Shown here piece by piece: positions 34,501 through 47,581 of a stretch of DNA of 64,000 nt. The DNA is taken from the NCBI GenBank assembly GCA_026936335.1, contig JAPMXV010000058.1, forward strand, positions 124,001-188,000. Direction: 5' to 3'. The notes below the pieces were generated by a model, which saw only the letters and a program-made list of their open reading frames with translations, had not been told where the DNA came from and made no database searches. Within the stretch, counting starts at the first letter, position 1. Each line of letters begins with the position of its first letter. The DNA comes from Mantamonas sphyraenae STR306. Lineage: Eukaryota > Protista > CRuMs. The position numbers and the translations under genes were made by a program.

Positions 34501-37500
34501 AAACAGCAGCAGGGGAGCAGCAGCAGCAGCAGCAGCCGCAGGGGACACCGACGGAGCCTCATCGGAAGAGGATTGGGATCTTGAATTTGATGACGAGGAC
34601 GACGATGAGGGAGACGGAGGCGACGACACAAGCAGCACAGCAGGCGCAGGAGGCAAGGGTGAGGTGACACCCACAGGCAAGGATAACAAGAACAAGAACA
34701 ACAACAACGAAACAGACAGTGTGGGTGGCAAGAGCACAGGCAGCTCGGGCGGAAACCGAGCAAAAGCAGCAGCAGCAGCAGCGGGTGGAGCATCGACCCC
34801 TGAGGAAGAGTATGCAGCCTTGGTAAAGGCGTCGCGAGAGGCATTGGCCATGACACATCCGGTGCATGTGGAAGCGAGCTCGTTGGCCAACATCCATCTC
34901 ATGCTGAGCGAGTATTCGCCGTTGACGATGATCAACCGATTGGAACGGGCCAACAGCACGGATTCAGACTCTGATTCGGACGCAGGCGGCGGCGGAGGAG
35001 GAGGACGCAGCAATGGGAGCGGAGTGGGGGGCGGCGACTCGTCAGACTCGTCGGACAACGAGAGCGAGGACGATGAGGAGGACGATGAGGACGGCGCACT
35101 GCTGCGTGTGCCATCGGAAGCAGAGATGTGGAGCGATCTGCACGGCGTGGACAGGGACATGTACACGAGTGTGAACGATCTGACGCGGATGGCAAACAGC
35201 AGCGTGGTGGTGAACGACGAGGAGCGCATGACGCGTCTGGAGCAGTTGTATCTGCTGCTTCCGGAACTGAGCTATGTGCGTGCCAAGGTGGCATTCACTC
35301 TGGGACACTACGCGTACGCTGTGCTGGAAGACATGACCATGGCTGAGAAGCTGCTGTTTGAATGCCTGTACATCCTGGACAACCTGGAGGCCCTTGCTCC
35401 TGCCCTGCCTCCCATTGCCAGCGAGCTCGGGGCACAGGCCATGTTCTTGTACGGCGAGACGTCGCTGAACAACTACAAGTACAAGTACAGCATCGTGGCA
35501 TTCGAGTCGGCTATTGCGAACATGCGTCTGCGGCGCAAACGCGAGTTTCATGCGCTGGTGCGGCGTCTGGCCATGGTGTGCAGCGAAAACCACGACTGGC
35601 GCCGTTCCATCCTGTATTACTGCAAGATCCTGGAGCTGAGCAGGCAACAGGGCAAGACCAACGAGATTGTGTACGTGGCACAGGTGATCAGCAACATGTA
35701 CCGCGACAGGGGCGAGTTTGGCCTGGCCAGCAACTACCTGAACCTGGCCTTTTCCGTCCTCGAGGGAGAACATGCACGGGAAAAGGCAGGCGAAGGCGGA
35801 GAGCACGGGTCTGGCGATGGCAGCAGTCTGCATGTGCCTTCGTCGTCGTCGTCCTCCTCCTCATCGGCCAACGGAGGCGGTGGAGGCGGAGGTGGAGGCA
35901 TGTACAGGCAGCATTCGCACAGTTTGAGTGCAGGGCACTCTGGCGGAGGATTGGCAGGCCTGAGCAGTGGCAATGCAGGCGCAGGAGGCAGCTTGCGAGG
36001 GAACAGTCTGTCTGTGGGCTCTGGTCCGGCATCGATGGATGCACGCCGTGGCCACCAGCGTGTGGTGAGTGCATCTGCAGCCACGCTGGCCAGCATGAGC
36101 TCGGCACACCATCCCAAGATGGATTCGCAGCTTGTGAATCTGCACCTTGCGCTGGCCCAAAACTACATGAGCAGCCGCAACTTTGAGCGTGCGTTGGATG
36201 TGCTGGACAGGCTCAAGGGCTACTCGCTGCCCACACGCAAACTCAACGATGTCCTGCTGCTCATGGCAGAGGCGTATCTGAAGAAGCGATGGCTGAACGA
36301 ATGCTTCCAGGTGGCCAATGCGGTGGAACGCGAGGAGCAGAGCAACCTGATGCGATACTCCACGGTGCGATCCGTGCGTGGCATGGCGTCTGTGGAACGC
36401 AGTGTATCCTCGTCGTCGTCGTCTGGCGGCAACGGCGCAAGCGGTGGGGGCAAGGGTGAACGATCGCCGCGCGATCGGACGGGCAGTGCACGGTTTGATG
36501 CCGTGGAGCCACGGCAACTGCAGCGCATCCAGATCCTGGCACGGTGTGCGTTCCATGCACACCTGTATGCAGAGGCGCTGAACTGGATCGACACGCTGAT
36601 CAGCCTGTGTGAACCAAACAACCTGAGTTCGCTGGCCAACTTCTTCTACTTCCGTGGCAATGTGTTCCTTGCCCTGAGCCGCCCAGAGAACTTGGTGCAG
36701 TATCCGACGACGCTGCAGGCCACAGAGACACAGACCACGCGTGCAGAGGAGATTCTGGATGCGCCTGTGACCACGTATCGCAGCGTGTGTGACATCATCC
36801 AGGAGGGTGTGCACTGCTTCCAACGTGCACACGAGCTCTTCCGCGCCGTGGGCGACGACACACAGGCAGCCAAGTCTGCGTGCAGGCTGGCCGAGATGTA
36901 CCTGGAGCGACTGTTTCCTGCGGTGGCGCTGATGAAGTTCCCCTTCTCCAGCGTGGCCCAGTTGGACCAGCTCAAGAGCGCTCGCTTTGCGTTTCTGGTG
37001 CGTGAGGAGTCGCAGTGGCGTGCACACGGAGGCGATCAGGCAGAGTTGGGTCTGTTTGAGGCCAACACCATCTCGTTGTCGGAGATTGAAGAGGCGGCCA
37101 CCATTGCCATGGACGGGGCTGGAGCCAATGTGGTGCTGGCCTTGCAGTGCTACCTGAACATGGTGGAGATGTGCTTCCTGAAGCAGCAGAGGCAGCTTGC
37201 GCAGTCGTACTGGACCGAGTGTCGCAACCAGTTCTTTCGCTTCTTCATCAACGGCACCCAGAATGTGATGAGCAGCACCATGGGCACTCCGCCGGGCTTT
37301 GTCAAGCGGTTGCATCTCATCCTGGGTAGGCTGTGTCGTGCCATGTTTGCCTTTGGCAACACGTTTGTCAACCAGAATCTGGTGGTGATTGAGGCCTACC
37401 TGACCTCGTCCCAAGAGCTGGAAACGGTGATTCGCAGACCCATCAACATGCGCTTCACCGAAGCGGATCTGGAGATTGCAGAGACGTCGTTTGCAAGCGA

Positions 37501-37570
37501 ATCACCGCTGGATCATCGTTCCCTGACGCTGGGACGCAGTGCAGGGCGACAGATGGCCAATGGCAGTGGA

Positions 37571-37601
<31 letters not shown>

Positions 37602-39775
37602 ACGGTGGCGTCAGTGTCAACACAGCAGCTGGCAACAACACCAACGGCAACAATGGCAACAACAACGGAAGTGGCGCCAAGATTTGGTCGCCTCTGTCGC
37701 GGCAGAGTGTGTACAACCTGTTTGAGAGCAAGGGCCTGCAGGTGTTTGCAGAGGACGATGGCCAGGGCAGTGGAAGCAGCGGGGGCCTGTTGAATGCAAG
37801 CAGCAGCGGGAGCAGCAGTCCGTCAAACGGAGCGGGTGGAGGACTGGGCGGCAGCGGAGGCGATGGAACGCCGGTGGCAGACCGGATCTGGAGCTGCATG
37901 CACAGACTCAAGACACACCAGGACGAGTACAGTGCAGGGAACATTGGGGAGGAGGAGCTGCGCAAACGCAGTGCGGCGGCGCTGCGCAAGTGGATCCAGA
38001 TGATGAACTACGAGCGGGCAAACGGGACGCCAACGTTTGTGCGCGAGGAGCAAACCAAGTTCTTCAGCGGAATGGAAGAGGCACAACAGGGGGCCAAAGG
38101 GAAGGGCAGCAAGCGAAGGGGTAGCGACGAAGAAAGTGGTGGAGGGAGCAGCAGCAGCAACAGCAACGGAGGAAGTACGGTGTTGAGTGAGGCAGACGCG
38201 GCGTTTTGTGGCACGGGGTGGAACCAAGTGTTGCAGCGCAACGTGTTGCTGCTGGGTGTGGAGGGCAGTGGCAACGGGATGGATCTGGAGGCGAGTGGTG
38301 ACATGGATTCGTCTGTGCGATCGCTGGCAAGTGTGGGCGAGTGGGAGGAGAGCAGCGGAAGCAGTGCCCTGTTCCACCGCACGCTGTATGTTGTGCAACT
38401 GGGCGATTTGGTGTTGTACTACGTGCCCTACTCTCGCACACTGCGCATCCATCGTTTCGGCGGGCAGAACTCGCCGCTGATCAGAGACAGCAGCGTGCTG
38501 GAGCAGGAGAAGCAACACTTTCAAATGCTGAACGAGTCGCGATCGCAGCGTAGCTCGATGAGCGAGGGTAGCGACGAGGTGGAGGAGCAGTGGGAATCCG
38601 AGGAAACGGGAACGGCGTCGGATTCCAGCGACGACGAGGGCCGCTCGAACAGCATCAACGCACACTTGCTGTACAAGGACCACGGCAACAGATTGCCATC
38701 CAGCCACTACATCGGCCTGACGAGCTGTTTCCCGCCGACGGCGCTGAGCGAGCAGATGCGGCAGTACGTGCGATTTGTGGTGACGGGCCAGCGAGACAGC
38801 GACAGCAGCGGCGAGATGACACTGGAGACAAGTGGTGGCCTGGTGCAGGAGATGGCAGAAAAGGTGTTCCATTCGCCACAGGAGAGTGTGTATGGCATCC
38901 CTGCGTTGGATCAGCAGGAGGAGAAGGAGGTGGAAGAGAGCAGCGGGAATCAGCGGTTCTCGTTGGGCAAGATGCTGGGACTGTGGAACACGTCGGACCA
39001 GGACGAAGTGATCCAACCGGTGTCCAAGTATCCATTGCTGCTTGTGTGCAGCAGTGACCTGAGTGTGCTGCCGTGGGAACTGATGCTGAAGGACGAGGTT
39101 GTGGTGCGCACGATGACGGTGTTGGATGCCATTGAGCAGCAGCACAAGCGTGCGGTGGTGGATGCCGAGCAAGATGCAGTGCCACGATGCTTTGCATGCT
39201 ACGAGAGTGAGGACAGCAAGACGTTGGTGAGCAACCTGGGTCTGCGCAAGGAGTTTATTGTGCGTTCGTTGCTGTTCAACATGCACCATGCCGTGGTGGG
39301 ACCATGGTACGGGGCGTCTGTGAACGGAAGGGCGCCCTTCCACTGCACTCTGGTCAAACATGGCAAGACGGGCACGTCGTACAAGCGCAAGTACAAGTAC
39401 CTGGAGTTTGTGGATGTGAGTGGACATGCAAACCGCAGGCTGCAGCTGGTGGAACATGTGCGAGCAAGCATGGAGGAGAACGAGTCGCAGTTTCCCATCT
39501 TTGTGTTTCCGCTGGCGGATTTGGCGGAGATGACAGAGACGGTGCGGCAGCTGATGCGCCTTGTGCCACTGTGCACGCTGCTGTTTGTGCCGGGGGCCAA
39601 GATGAAGGTGCTGGCCAAGACGTTGATGAAGAAGGTGGAGCCGTATGCCAAGGGAAGCAGCACAAACGTGTTGCACTGGAAGGAGGTGTACAACTTTGTG
39701 ATGAGTCTGACGCGGGATCTGCGCGAGAAGCACAACATGCCCGTGGCCGTGTTCAATGTGCCCATGTTGTCGTGA
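31533..39775 (+). CDS. Very large (~2,570 aa) TPR-rich protein with degenerate CHAT/separase-like C-terminus; 5 exons
   Basis: Four small 5' exons splice in frame (donors GTGAGT, GTACGT, GTGGGT, GTACGT) into the 32474 ORF. Many TPR-like helices; 'LLLVCSSDLSVLPWELML' near 39040. Confidence 0.7.
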
Positions 39776-39863
39776 CGGGGGGGGAATAAGCCAATGAATG
39801 AACAGAGGCAACGCATGACGATGTTTGTGTGTGTGTTGATGGTTGCGCCTGCGTGGCCAGGAG

Positions 39864-40472
39864 ATGTCGCAGCAGGAAGGGAGCGGGTACACAGTCAAGA
39901 ATGTGTCGTGTGCGTTGCGTTGAGGCCGGGTTGGGGATTGGGGATGAATGACTGACAGTTGCACACACACACACACACACACATACACACACACAGCGAG
40001 TACGGCGGGCGCGGGAAGTGGTTCGTTCCACGCGTACCGGGCAGCGCGGAGGCGGGAGATGGACAGGTTGGCACAGCTGGACGCTGAGGAGAATGCCGAG
40101 CTGGAGAGGAAGGCCAAGGAGATGTTGAAACTGGTGCAGGAGACGGAGTTGGAGAGCAAAGCGAGCAAGAAGCGAGCCAAGCGGAAGCGACGCAAGGCCA
40201 ACGCGGAGAAGCGGAAGAAGCAGGCCACAACACAGGAAGGGCAGGAGAACGGGGATGATGAAGAGAAGGGCAAGGAGGGAGACACCAATGCGACAGAGAC
40301 GGTGAAGGAGGGACAGGCGGTGCAGCAGCAGCAGCAGCAACAAGGAGAGACGAAGAAGCGGGAAAGGGAAGATGCGCCTGCACCAGCACAGGAGGAGAAG
40401 GAGGAGGATGGAGGAGAGGGTGGTGAGAGCAAGAGGCAACGAGTGCAAGACAATGAACAAGAGGAAGGGTAG
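39864..40472 (+). CDS. PRKRIP1: PRKR-interacting protein 1 (DUF1168) splicing factor
   Basis: Spliced 'VKNVSSSTAGAGSGSFHAYRAARRREMDRL' followed by a basic coiled coil; intron ~39910-39996. Confidence 0.88.
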
Positions 40473-40482
40473 CAGAGACATG

Positions 40483-42283
40483 TCACATGAATTCGCCGTT
40501 GTCAAACCGTGCCTTTGCGCGTCCGTGGGCTGCGTTGAGCTCCTTCTTGCTGAGGTTGATCTTGTCTGCGACGGGAAAGAGGACGTCGACGGTGAGATGG
40601 TAGGTGCCATGCTGCAGGGTCTCCATGAGACCCTCGATGTTGAGTTTGAGGAGGTCGTCGTGCATGACGGTCATGATGGCCAGGGCGACGGTGAAGAACC
40701 AGCGCATGCCCTCAAACAGGAACATGTCCCAATAGGCCAGGACGGTTTCCCAGGGCAGAGAGATGGTGTACATGCAGAGGAGCCACTTTGTGACATAAAA
40801 GGTGGAGTGGACCATGTTTGCCTTGAGATGCTTGGCCAGTGTGGGCAGACGCTGTTCCAACAGATCATCATAGATCATGACATCGATGTGGAACTGAGAC
40901 AGGTCCTGGTCAAACACCCCCGGCATGTAGTTGTCGTTGACAGCCACCATCATCCAGAACGCCTCTTCCTCACCCATGTACATCAGCATCAACCCGGCCA
41001 CCATGGCCATCCCCTGCACGTAGCCCAGGTTCTGACGATGGTGCATGAATGCCTTGAGTGTCCTCCACAGTTTCTGTTGACCACGACCGTCCGCGTCGGC
41101 GAATTCTACGTGGGAAGTGACAACACGGGCACAGAGAGGGAGGGAGGGAGAGAGAGTGTGAGTGCGTGGGTGTCAAGTCTGTCTGTGGGCTCTCTTGCCT
41201 CTTGTGCTCCACCCCATTGGACAACCTACCATAGTGTTCAGGGTAGGTTCGGTCGAGATCCTTGTCCAAGGTGTCCAACCACTTGAGGTGTGTCTCCTCC
41301 CCAAGGACAATCTTGTACGTGTGTGGGTACTGTTGCATCAGGAACTTGGATCCACTGAGGATGGGCCACACGCGTGACCGTACCCCATTGGGGATCCCCT
41401 TGCGGATCCGTTCCCGCAGCTTCTTCTTCTTCTTGCTTGTGTACGTGCCCCAGTTGGCAATCATGTCTTCCCACTTGCTCGTACGTCGCAATATCACCTC
41501 CTGTTCCTCCAGAGTGGGACTGTGTGTGTGTGTTTGTGCAAAATGTAAGTGCCATGTGCCCGTGCGTTGTCTGTGAGTCAGCCCCCCCTGCGTTTTCCCC
41601 TCTTCAGGCGATGTTGAACCCCCCCTCTCACACCCTGTTGTTCACCTACATCTTGGGTTCTGAGCCATCTGTGATTTCAAAGCCATACTCATCGTATGTG
41701 TTTGCGTTCTTTGTCCTGTTTCGTTTGTACTCTTCCATGGTGTATGCCTCCCGCTCGCTGTCCGTCATGGCTTCCAGTTGCGCCTGCTTCTCCTCCTCCT
41801 CTGCCTCTGCGTCGATGACAATCTCGTCTCGTCCTCCTCGTCCTCCTCGTCCTCCTCCCCCTCTTCATACACTCCATCCTCCACACTGTGTCCACTGTAG
41901 CCCGTCACAGCTGGAGTTGTGCCACTGCTGTGATTGCTCTCGGCTCCCTGAGCTCCCTCCTCGTCCTCCCTGCTGCTGCTCCCACTGCTCTCCAGACCAT
42001 GCTGGCTTCTCCATGAATCCAATGGCTGTCCCTCCTCGTCCTGGTCCTCCTCTTCGACGATGAGAAGACGTCCCACGACTGCCAGACCACTTGCTCTGCG
42101 CTGTTGCGGTGTGTTGTTGATGCTGCTGCTGCTGCTGCTATGCTTCTGCGGCGTCGTCGGCGTCCCTGGCGTCCCTGGTGCCACCATCACCACATCCATT
42201 TCGTCCATTTCCTCCTCCTCCTCCTCCACACTCTCGTTGTCCTCCATGCTGGGTGCTGCCACCGTCAGTAGGTTGGACGACAT
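40483..42283 (-). CDS. TBC-domain Rab GTPase-activating protein (TBC1D10/EVI5-like)
   Basis: RIRKGIP..RSRVWP, DKDLDRTYP, GYVQGM and WDMFLFEG; two introns (~41648-41520, ~41229-41106). Confidence 0.9.
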
Positions 42284-42358
42284 CACAGCGCAACGTACAA
42301 AAACTTGTTCTGCCTGGCTGCGCGCAACCCACCACCTGAACGAAAATCTGCATCCACC

Positions 42359-44054
42359 ATGGTATGCAAGCCCATGCATCTTCCCAGTGTACACCCAGGA
42401 GCAAGAAGGATTGACACCGCCGCACATTGTTCACATGCCCCATCATCCCCTCATGTCCACAGTCGTCTTCTGGCAGCAACATTGTGACCACTGATCCCTC
42501 CCTGCGCTCCTTTGTCGAGTACGACGAAACCTGCGAGTTTCCCATCCAGAACCTGCCCTACGGTGTGTTTAAGCTCACCAAGGACAATGGGGAGCTGGGT
42601 GACGCCCACATCGGTGTGGCCATTGGTGACCATGTGCTCGATCTCAACGTCCTGGCCTCAAAGGGCAAGCTTGACGGCGTCCTTTCCGACCCGTCCGTCT
42701 TTCAGCAGGTGTGTTGTTTTCCTTCTCCCCTCCCTTCCATGCATGCACACACACACAGACAGACAGACACATGCACACGCACACATGCGTGTCGAGTGCA
42801 TCCCATACCATGTGTGTGCCACACACGCGCACAGTGTTCAGTCGCGTGGCCGTTGACGTTTATGCCAAAAGAGATTTCTCCAACATTCCGGTTCATTCGA
42901 CCACACCGCATGACTGACTCGTGATGAGGACGGGATGACCACCCACGGTGCACATCCACCCACCCACCCACACACTCCAGCCTGCTCTGAATGAGTTTAT
43001 GGCCCTGGGACGCAAGGATTGGTCTGCAGTGCGTGCGTTTCTGACGGAGCTGCTTGCAGAGGGCTCGTCGTTGGCAGACGACATGGAACTGCGCAGTGAA
43101 GTGCTGTTCCCTCTGGATCAGGTGCAGATGCAATTGCCTGCCAACATTGGAGACTACACCGACTTTTATTCCAGCAAGGAGCATGCCACCAACCTGGGCA
43201 CCATGTTCCGCCCCAACGAGGAGCCCCTCAAGCCCAACTGGGTCCATCTGCCCGTGGGCTACCATGGACGTGCCTCCTCTGTGGTCACCTCTGGCACTGC
43301 CATCAAGCGTCCCCATGGTCAGCTCAAGCCGGCCGAGGGAGCGCCCACCTTTGGCGTGTGCAAGCTCATGGACATTGAGCTGGAGATGGGCTTCTTTGTG
43401 GGTCCGGGCAACGACCTGGGCGATCCCATTCGCATTGGTGAGGCGGAGGAACACATCTTTGGCATGGTGCTCATGAACGATTGGAGTGCTCGTGACATCC
43501 AGAAGTGGGAGTATGTGCCCCTGGGTCCCTTTGGTGGCAAGAACCTGGGCACCACCATCTCCCCGTGGGTGGTCACCATGGAGGCGTTGGAACCCTTCCG
43601 TGTGGCTGCTCCCAAGCAGGATCCCGAGGTCCTGGACTACCTCAACCCGGGTGCTGAGGCCAAGGACACCTACGACATCAACCTCAGCGTCCAGCTGGCC
43701 ACAGAGAGCATGCTCAAGGACGGCAAGCCTCACCAGGAGGTGGCCACAAGCAACTTCAAGTACATGTACTGGAGCATGAAGCAGCAGCTTGTGCAGCACT
43801 CGGTCACCGGATGCAACATGCGCCCGGGCGACCTGTGTGGTTCCGGCACCATCTCGGGACCCGAGGACAGTGAGCGTGGCTCCTTCCTCGAGCTGTGCTG
43901 GAAGGGCACGCAGCCCTTTGCTGTCGGGGACGAGGAGCGCAAGTTTCTGCAGGACAACGACAGCGTCATGCTGCGCGGCTGGTGCCAGGGCGAGGGCTTC
44001 CGTGTTGGTTTTGGCGAGTGCGAGGGCACCATCCTGCCCGCTGTGGAGTATTGA
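42359..44054 (+). CDS. FAH: Fumarylacetoacetase
   Basis: [55 protein letters not shown] and GSGTISG. ATG-only first exon (intron 42362-42462) and a second intron ~42709-42980. Confidence 0.96.
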
Positions 44055-44225
44055 GGTGGAAGAAATGAAGCAACGTGACGGGTGACGACCTTTCGTGCGC
44101 ATTGGGGACGGGCATTGCGATGGATTGTGTGATGGTGAGCAACGAGCATGTAATTTTTGATTGAAACGAAAATCCAACCAATCGGATCAAACCACACATT
44201 TCACAATGAATCAAAATTTACATCT

Positions 44226-47200
44226 TCATTCCGACACAATTTGCACCTGGACGGCCTGCTCGTCCGCTGCACCCACACCGGCCGCACTGCTGTCCACTGA
44301 AGAACCACTGGAGCTACCGCTGGAGCTGGAGGAGGCGTTGGCAGCGTCGTCGTCGTTTTCGTCGTCGTCGTCGAGGACGCGGAAGGCTTGGATGCGTTTG
44401 CCTGCCCAGGGCATGGCCGAGTCACGGTACAGCAGCCAGAAGACGTAGGGCATGAAAAAGTCACGCGGGTTGTCCTGTTCGTCGTAGGTAAAGGCCAACA
44501 GTGGGTACTCGACGAGATCGCACTGGCTGCCGGTCCAGGCGCGCGTTTGGCGCTCGAGCACCTCGGAGACGTCGTCGACACGCCAGAAGCTGCTTCCCTG
44601 TAGGCTCTCGTCGAGTTTGCGCTCAAAGTAGGTGACGACCTTGTCGATGTTCTCGATGAGGTCGGAGAAATGGGTGTTGAGACGATAGGGCTCAAACTCG
44701 GACTTGCGGTGCATGAGGGCATACAAGAACTGGAGGTTCTTGGGCAGGCGTTTGCCAAGCATGGTGTTGAGGATCTGGAGGACCATGCGCACATAGTCCG
44801 TGTAGAGCTGGGCCTCGAGGTCGAGGTCAGCGTGGAGGGCCGTGTCGCCACGGGCCTCTGCGTCGAGGGCACGATCACTGAGGAAGGAGTACTTCTTGGC
44901 AAGGAGACGAAAGAGGACCATGAGACGCTGTGCAGCGAGCGGGTGCATGTCGACCATGTGGGGCATCATGTGTGAGAGGATGGCCAGGCAGTTTGTGTTG
45001 AGGTAGGTGTCCTTGAGGACAGCGAGATTGAACTGGACGGCACGAATGACCACAAGGACGACGAGACAAGCCAGGGAAATGTCTGTGCACAAATGGTCCT
45101 TGTACCATGGCACATAGGGAATGGAGACCCTGTGCATGGCCCGTTTGCTGTCCTCCTCCTGGGTCAGGATGAGCAGGGTGACCAGGAGCATGTACATCTG
45201 CTGGGGTCTGGGCGAGGCCTTGCTGCACCTGTACAGCATGTGCAGCAGGGGCATCATGAGTGTTTCCGGGTCTGTGCGTGCCAGAGCGTGGGAGAGGAAG
45301 GCCTGGTTGGAGTGCAGGAGCATGTAGATGACCAGGGTGGAGCTGTCGGATTGGTTGCAGGTGGCAAGGGCATCAAAGAGGTGGGAAAAGTTGAGTTGCA
45401 AGCACTCCTGGCCACGCGTGTCACTGATGTACGGTTGTCCACGGTTGCCAGTGTCCTGCATGGTGTCCAAGGCATGCCGCACCAGGTTGGCACTGCTCGA
45501 GGAGGAGGAGGAGGAGGAGGAGGAGGAGGAGGAGGGATTGCTGCTGCTGTGGATGGCCAATGGGGTGCGCTTGTCCTCGTAGAACATGCCCAACAGTGCC
45601 AGGAGCAGCATGGCACGTTCACCCAACACATTGGCTGGCACCTCTGTCAACACCTGCTTGGTCCACAGATTGGTGCCCAGCACAGAGATGGTGTGCAGGG
45701 CAAACCCCACATAGTCCACCACACCCGATGATGATGATGGTGAGGATGATGAGGATGATGAAGATGATGACGAGGATGAGGAGGAAGAGGCTCCCGATGC
45801 TTCGCCTCCTGCCCCTCCACTCGACTTTGTCTTGGGTGTACGTCCCATGACCATGGTGAGGAGGGAAGCGACGAGTAGACGTGGTTTGCGAATGTGTGCC
45901 AGCAGCAGCTGGGCAAACAGAGGCTCCCCATCCACGTCCTCCATGGCTCGGAACATCTGTGAGCCACACAGCACCAGCAACAGGTTGACAAAACTCAACA
46001 AGGATGCGTCTGGTTTGTTCGCATGGCCTTCTGTGGCCCTGCCAAGCACTCCCACAAGGTCAGCAAGTGTGCACACAAACTCCCGTGCCAGGAAGTGAGT
46101 GTCCACACTCGTTGTTGTTGTCGTTGTCTCTGTCTTGCTGCTGCTGCTTGTTCCATCATCATCCACTCCTTCTCCTTCTCCTTCATGTGTCTCATCGGAT
46201 GTCGAGGATGTGTCTGGCAGCATTGCAAGCACATCGAGCGGTTGTTGTTTGGGGGTGTGATCAGCACCCACGCCGGCCTCTTCCTCCTCCTCAACACCAT
46301 CATGCTTCGCTTCCCCTTCCGAGGTGTTGCCACTTGAGGTGGTGGATGCAGTGGATGCAGTGGATGCAGTGGTTTTGGATGTGGATGAGGATTGCAGTCG
46401 TTGGAGGACAAAGCACAGAGACTTGCTTGCTGGGTCGTCGGCCTGCAGAATGGCTTCGTCCACCACAAACTGACGCATCACCGCCTCGGGTGGATTGGAG
46501 TTGAGCCAGTAGAACACAAACAGACGGATGAGTGTCAAGGTGGCAAACAGTTCCGTCCACAGCGGTTGTGCATCCAGTGACGCCACCGAACCGCCGGGTA
46601 GTTGCATCAGGGCTTTCATCCGCGGGATGGCGTGCAGCACCAGCCGACGGAAGTTGTGTGTCTTGCGATTGTTGTGGACTGTGTGCCAGGCGTATCCAGG
46701 TGGTGGCATGCCCAAGGTGGGGCACACATGCGTGGGTGGGTGTGTGAGGCGTGTGGGGGGTTGGGGGGGACTCAAGGCGGGAGGGGAAGGGGAATCGGGG
46801 GACGGCCGGAAACGCTGGGAAACCCTGCAGGGGAGAGAGAGACACACACACAACACACAACACACACACGTACACATGTCACCAGCAAACACAGCCATCT
46901 GAAGGGCAGAGTCATCATCAAGACGGGACAGCGACTGGACAATGATCTCGTTCACGGGCCAGTTGAAGCCCAGGAGTGACCCAGTGACGGCGTCGTCTTG
47001 CACACTCTTTGCCTTTGCCTTGCCTTGCCCTTGCCTCCCGATGATGACGATGATGATGAGGATGATGAGGATGAGGCGTCGTTGTTGTCCAGGACCACGT
47101 TGTCCTTGCCGTGGGTTGTTCGTACTCGTCCACGGTGAGGGTGTCCTGCTGAAAGGCTGCCAACAGGGCATTCTTGACCTCCTCCTGACTCAATGCCCAA

Positions 47201-47370
47201 TGCCAGAACTCCTCACCCACCACTGCTTCGCCTGAAAAGGTGCTGTCTGCAAACGTGTTGGTTCCCTGCGGAGCCGCCGTTTCGCCTTCAAACCCACGTG
47301 CGTTGGGGCCGCAGATCTCAGACAGCAGCACGCCTGCACTCGAATCGAGCAGACTGAATGACGATCCCAT
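44226..47370 (-). CDS. DYM: Dymeclin
   Basis: MGSS N-myristoylation start, 'NNRKTHNF', 'YMLLVTLLILTQE', 'KDTYLNTNCLAILSHM', 'HPLAAQRL' and 'FTYDEQDNPRDFFMPYVFW'. Intron ~46873-46679; two 1-bp frameshifts near 47113 and 47020. Confidence 0.9.
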
Positions 47371-47581
47371 GCTATTGTGTATGTAATATGTGTGTGTGTG
47401 GTGGTGTGTGGTGGTGGTGGTGGTGGTGGTGGTGATTGGGATGGGTTGCGCTGGGCAGGTCCTCAGCACACCCCCACATTCAATCACACTCACTCTCTCA
47501 CCCTCTCACTCTCTCACCCTCTCATTCTCTCTGTTTGTGTGCTGGTTTTCACATGCCCCCACTCACCCACTCTTTACACGA

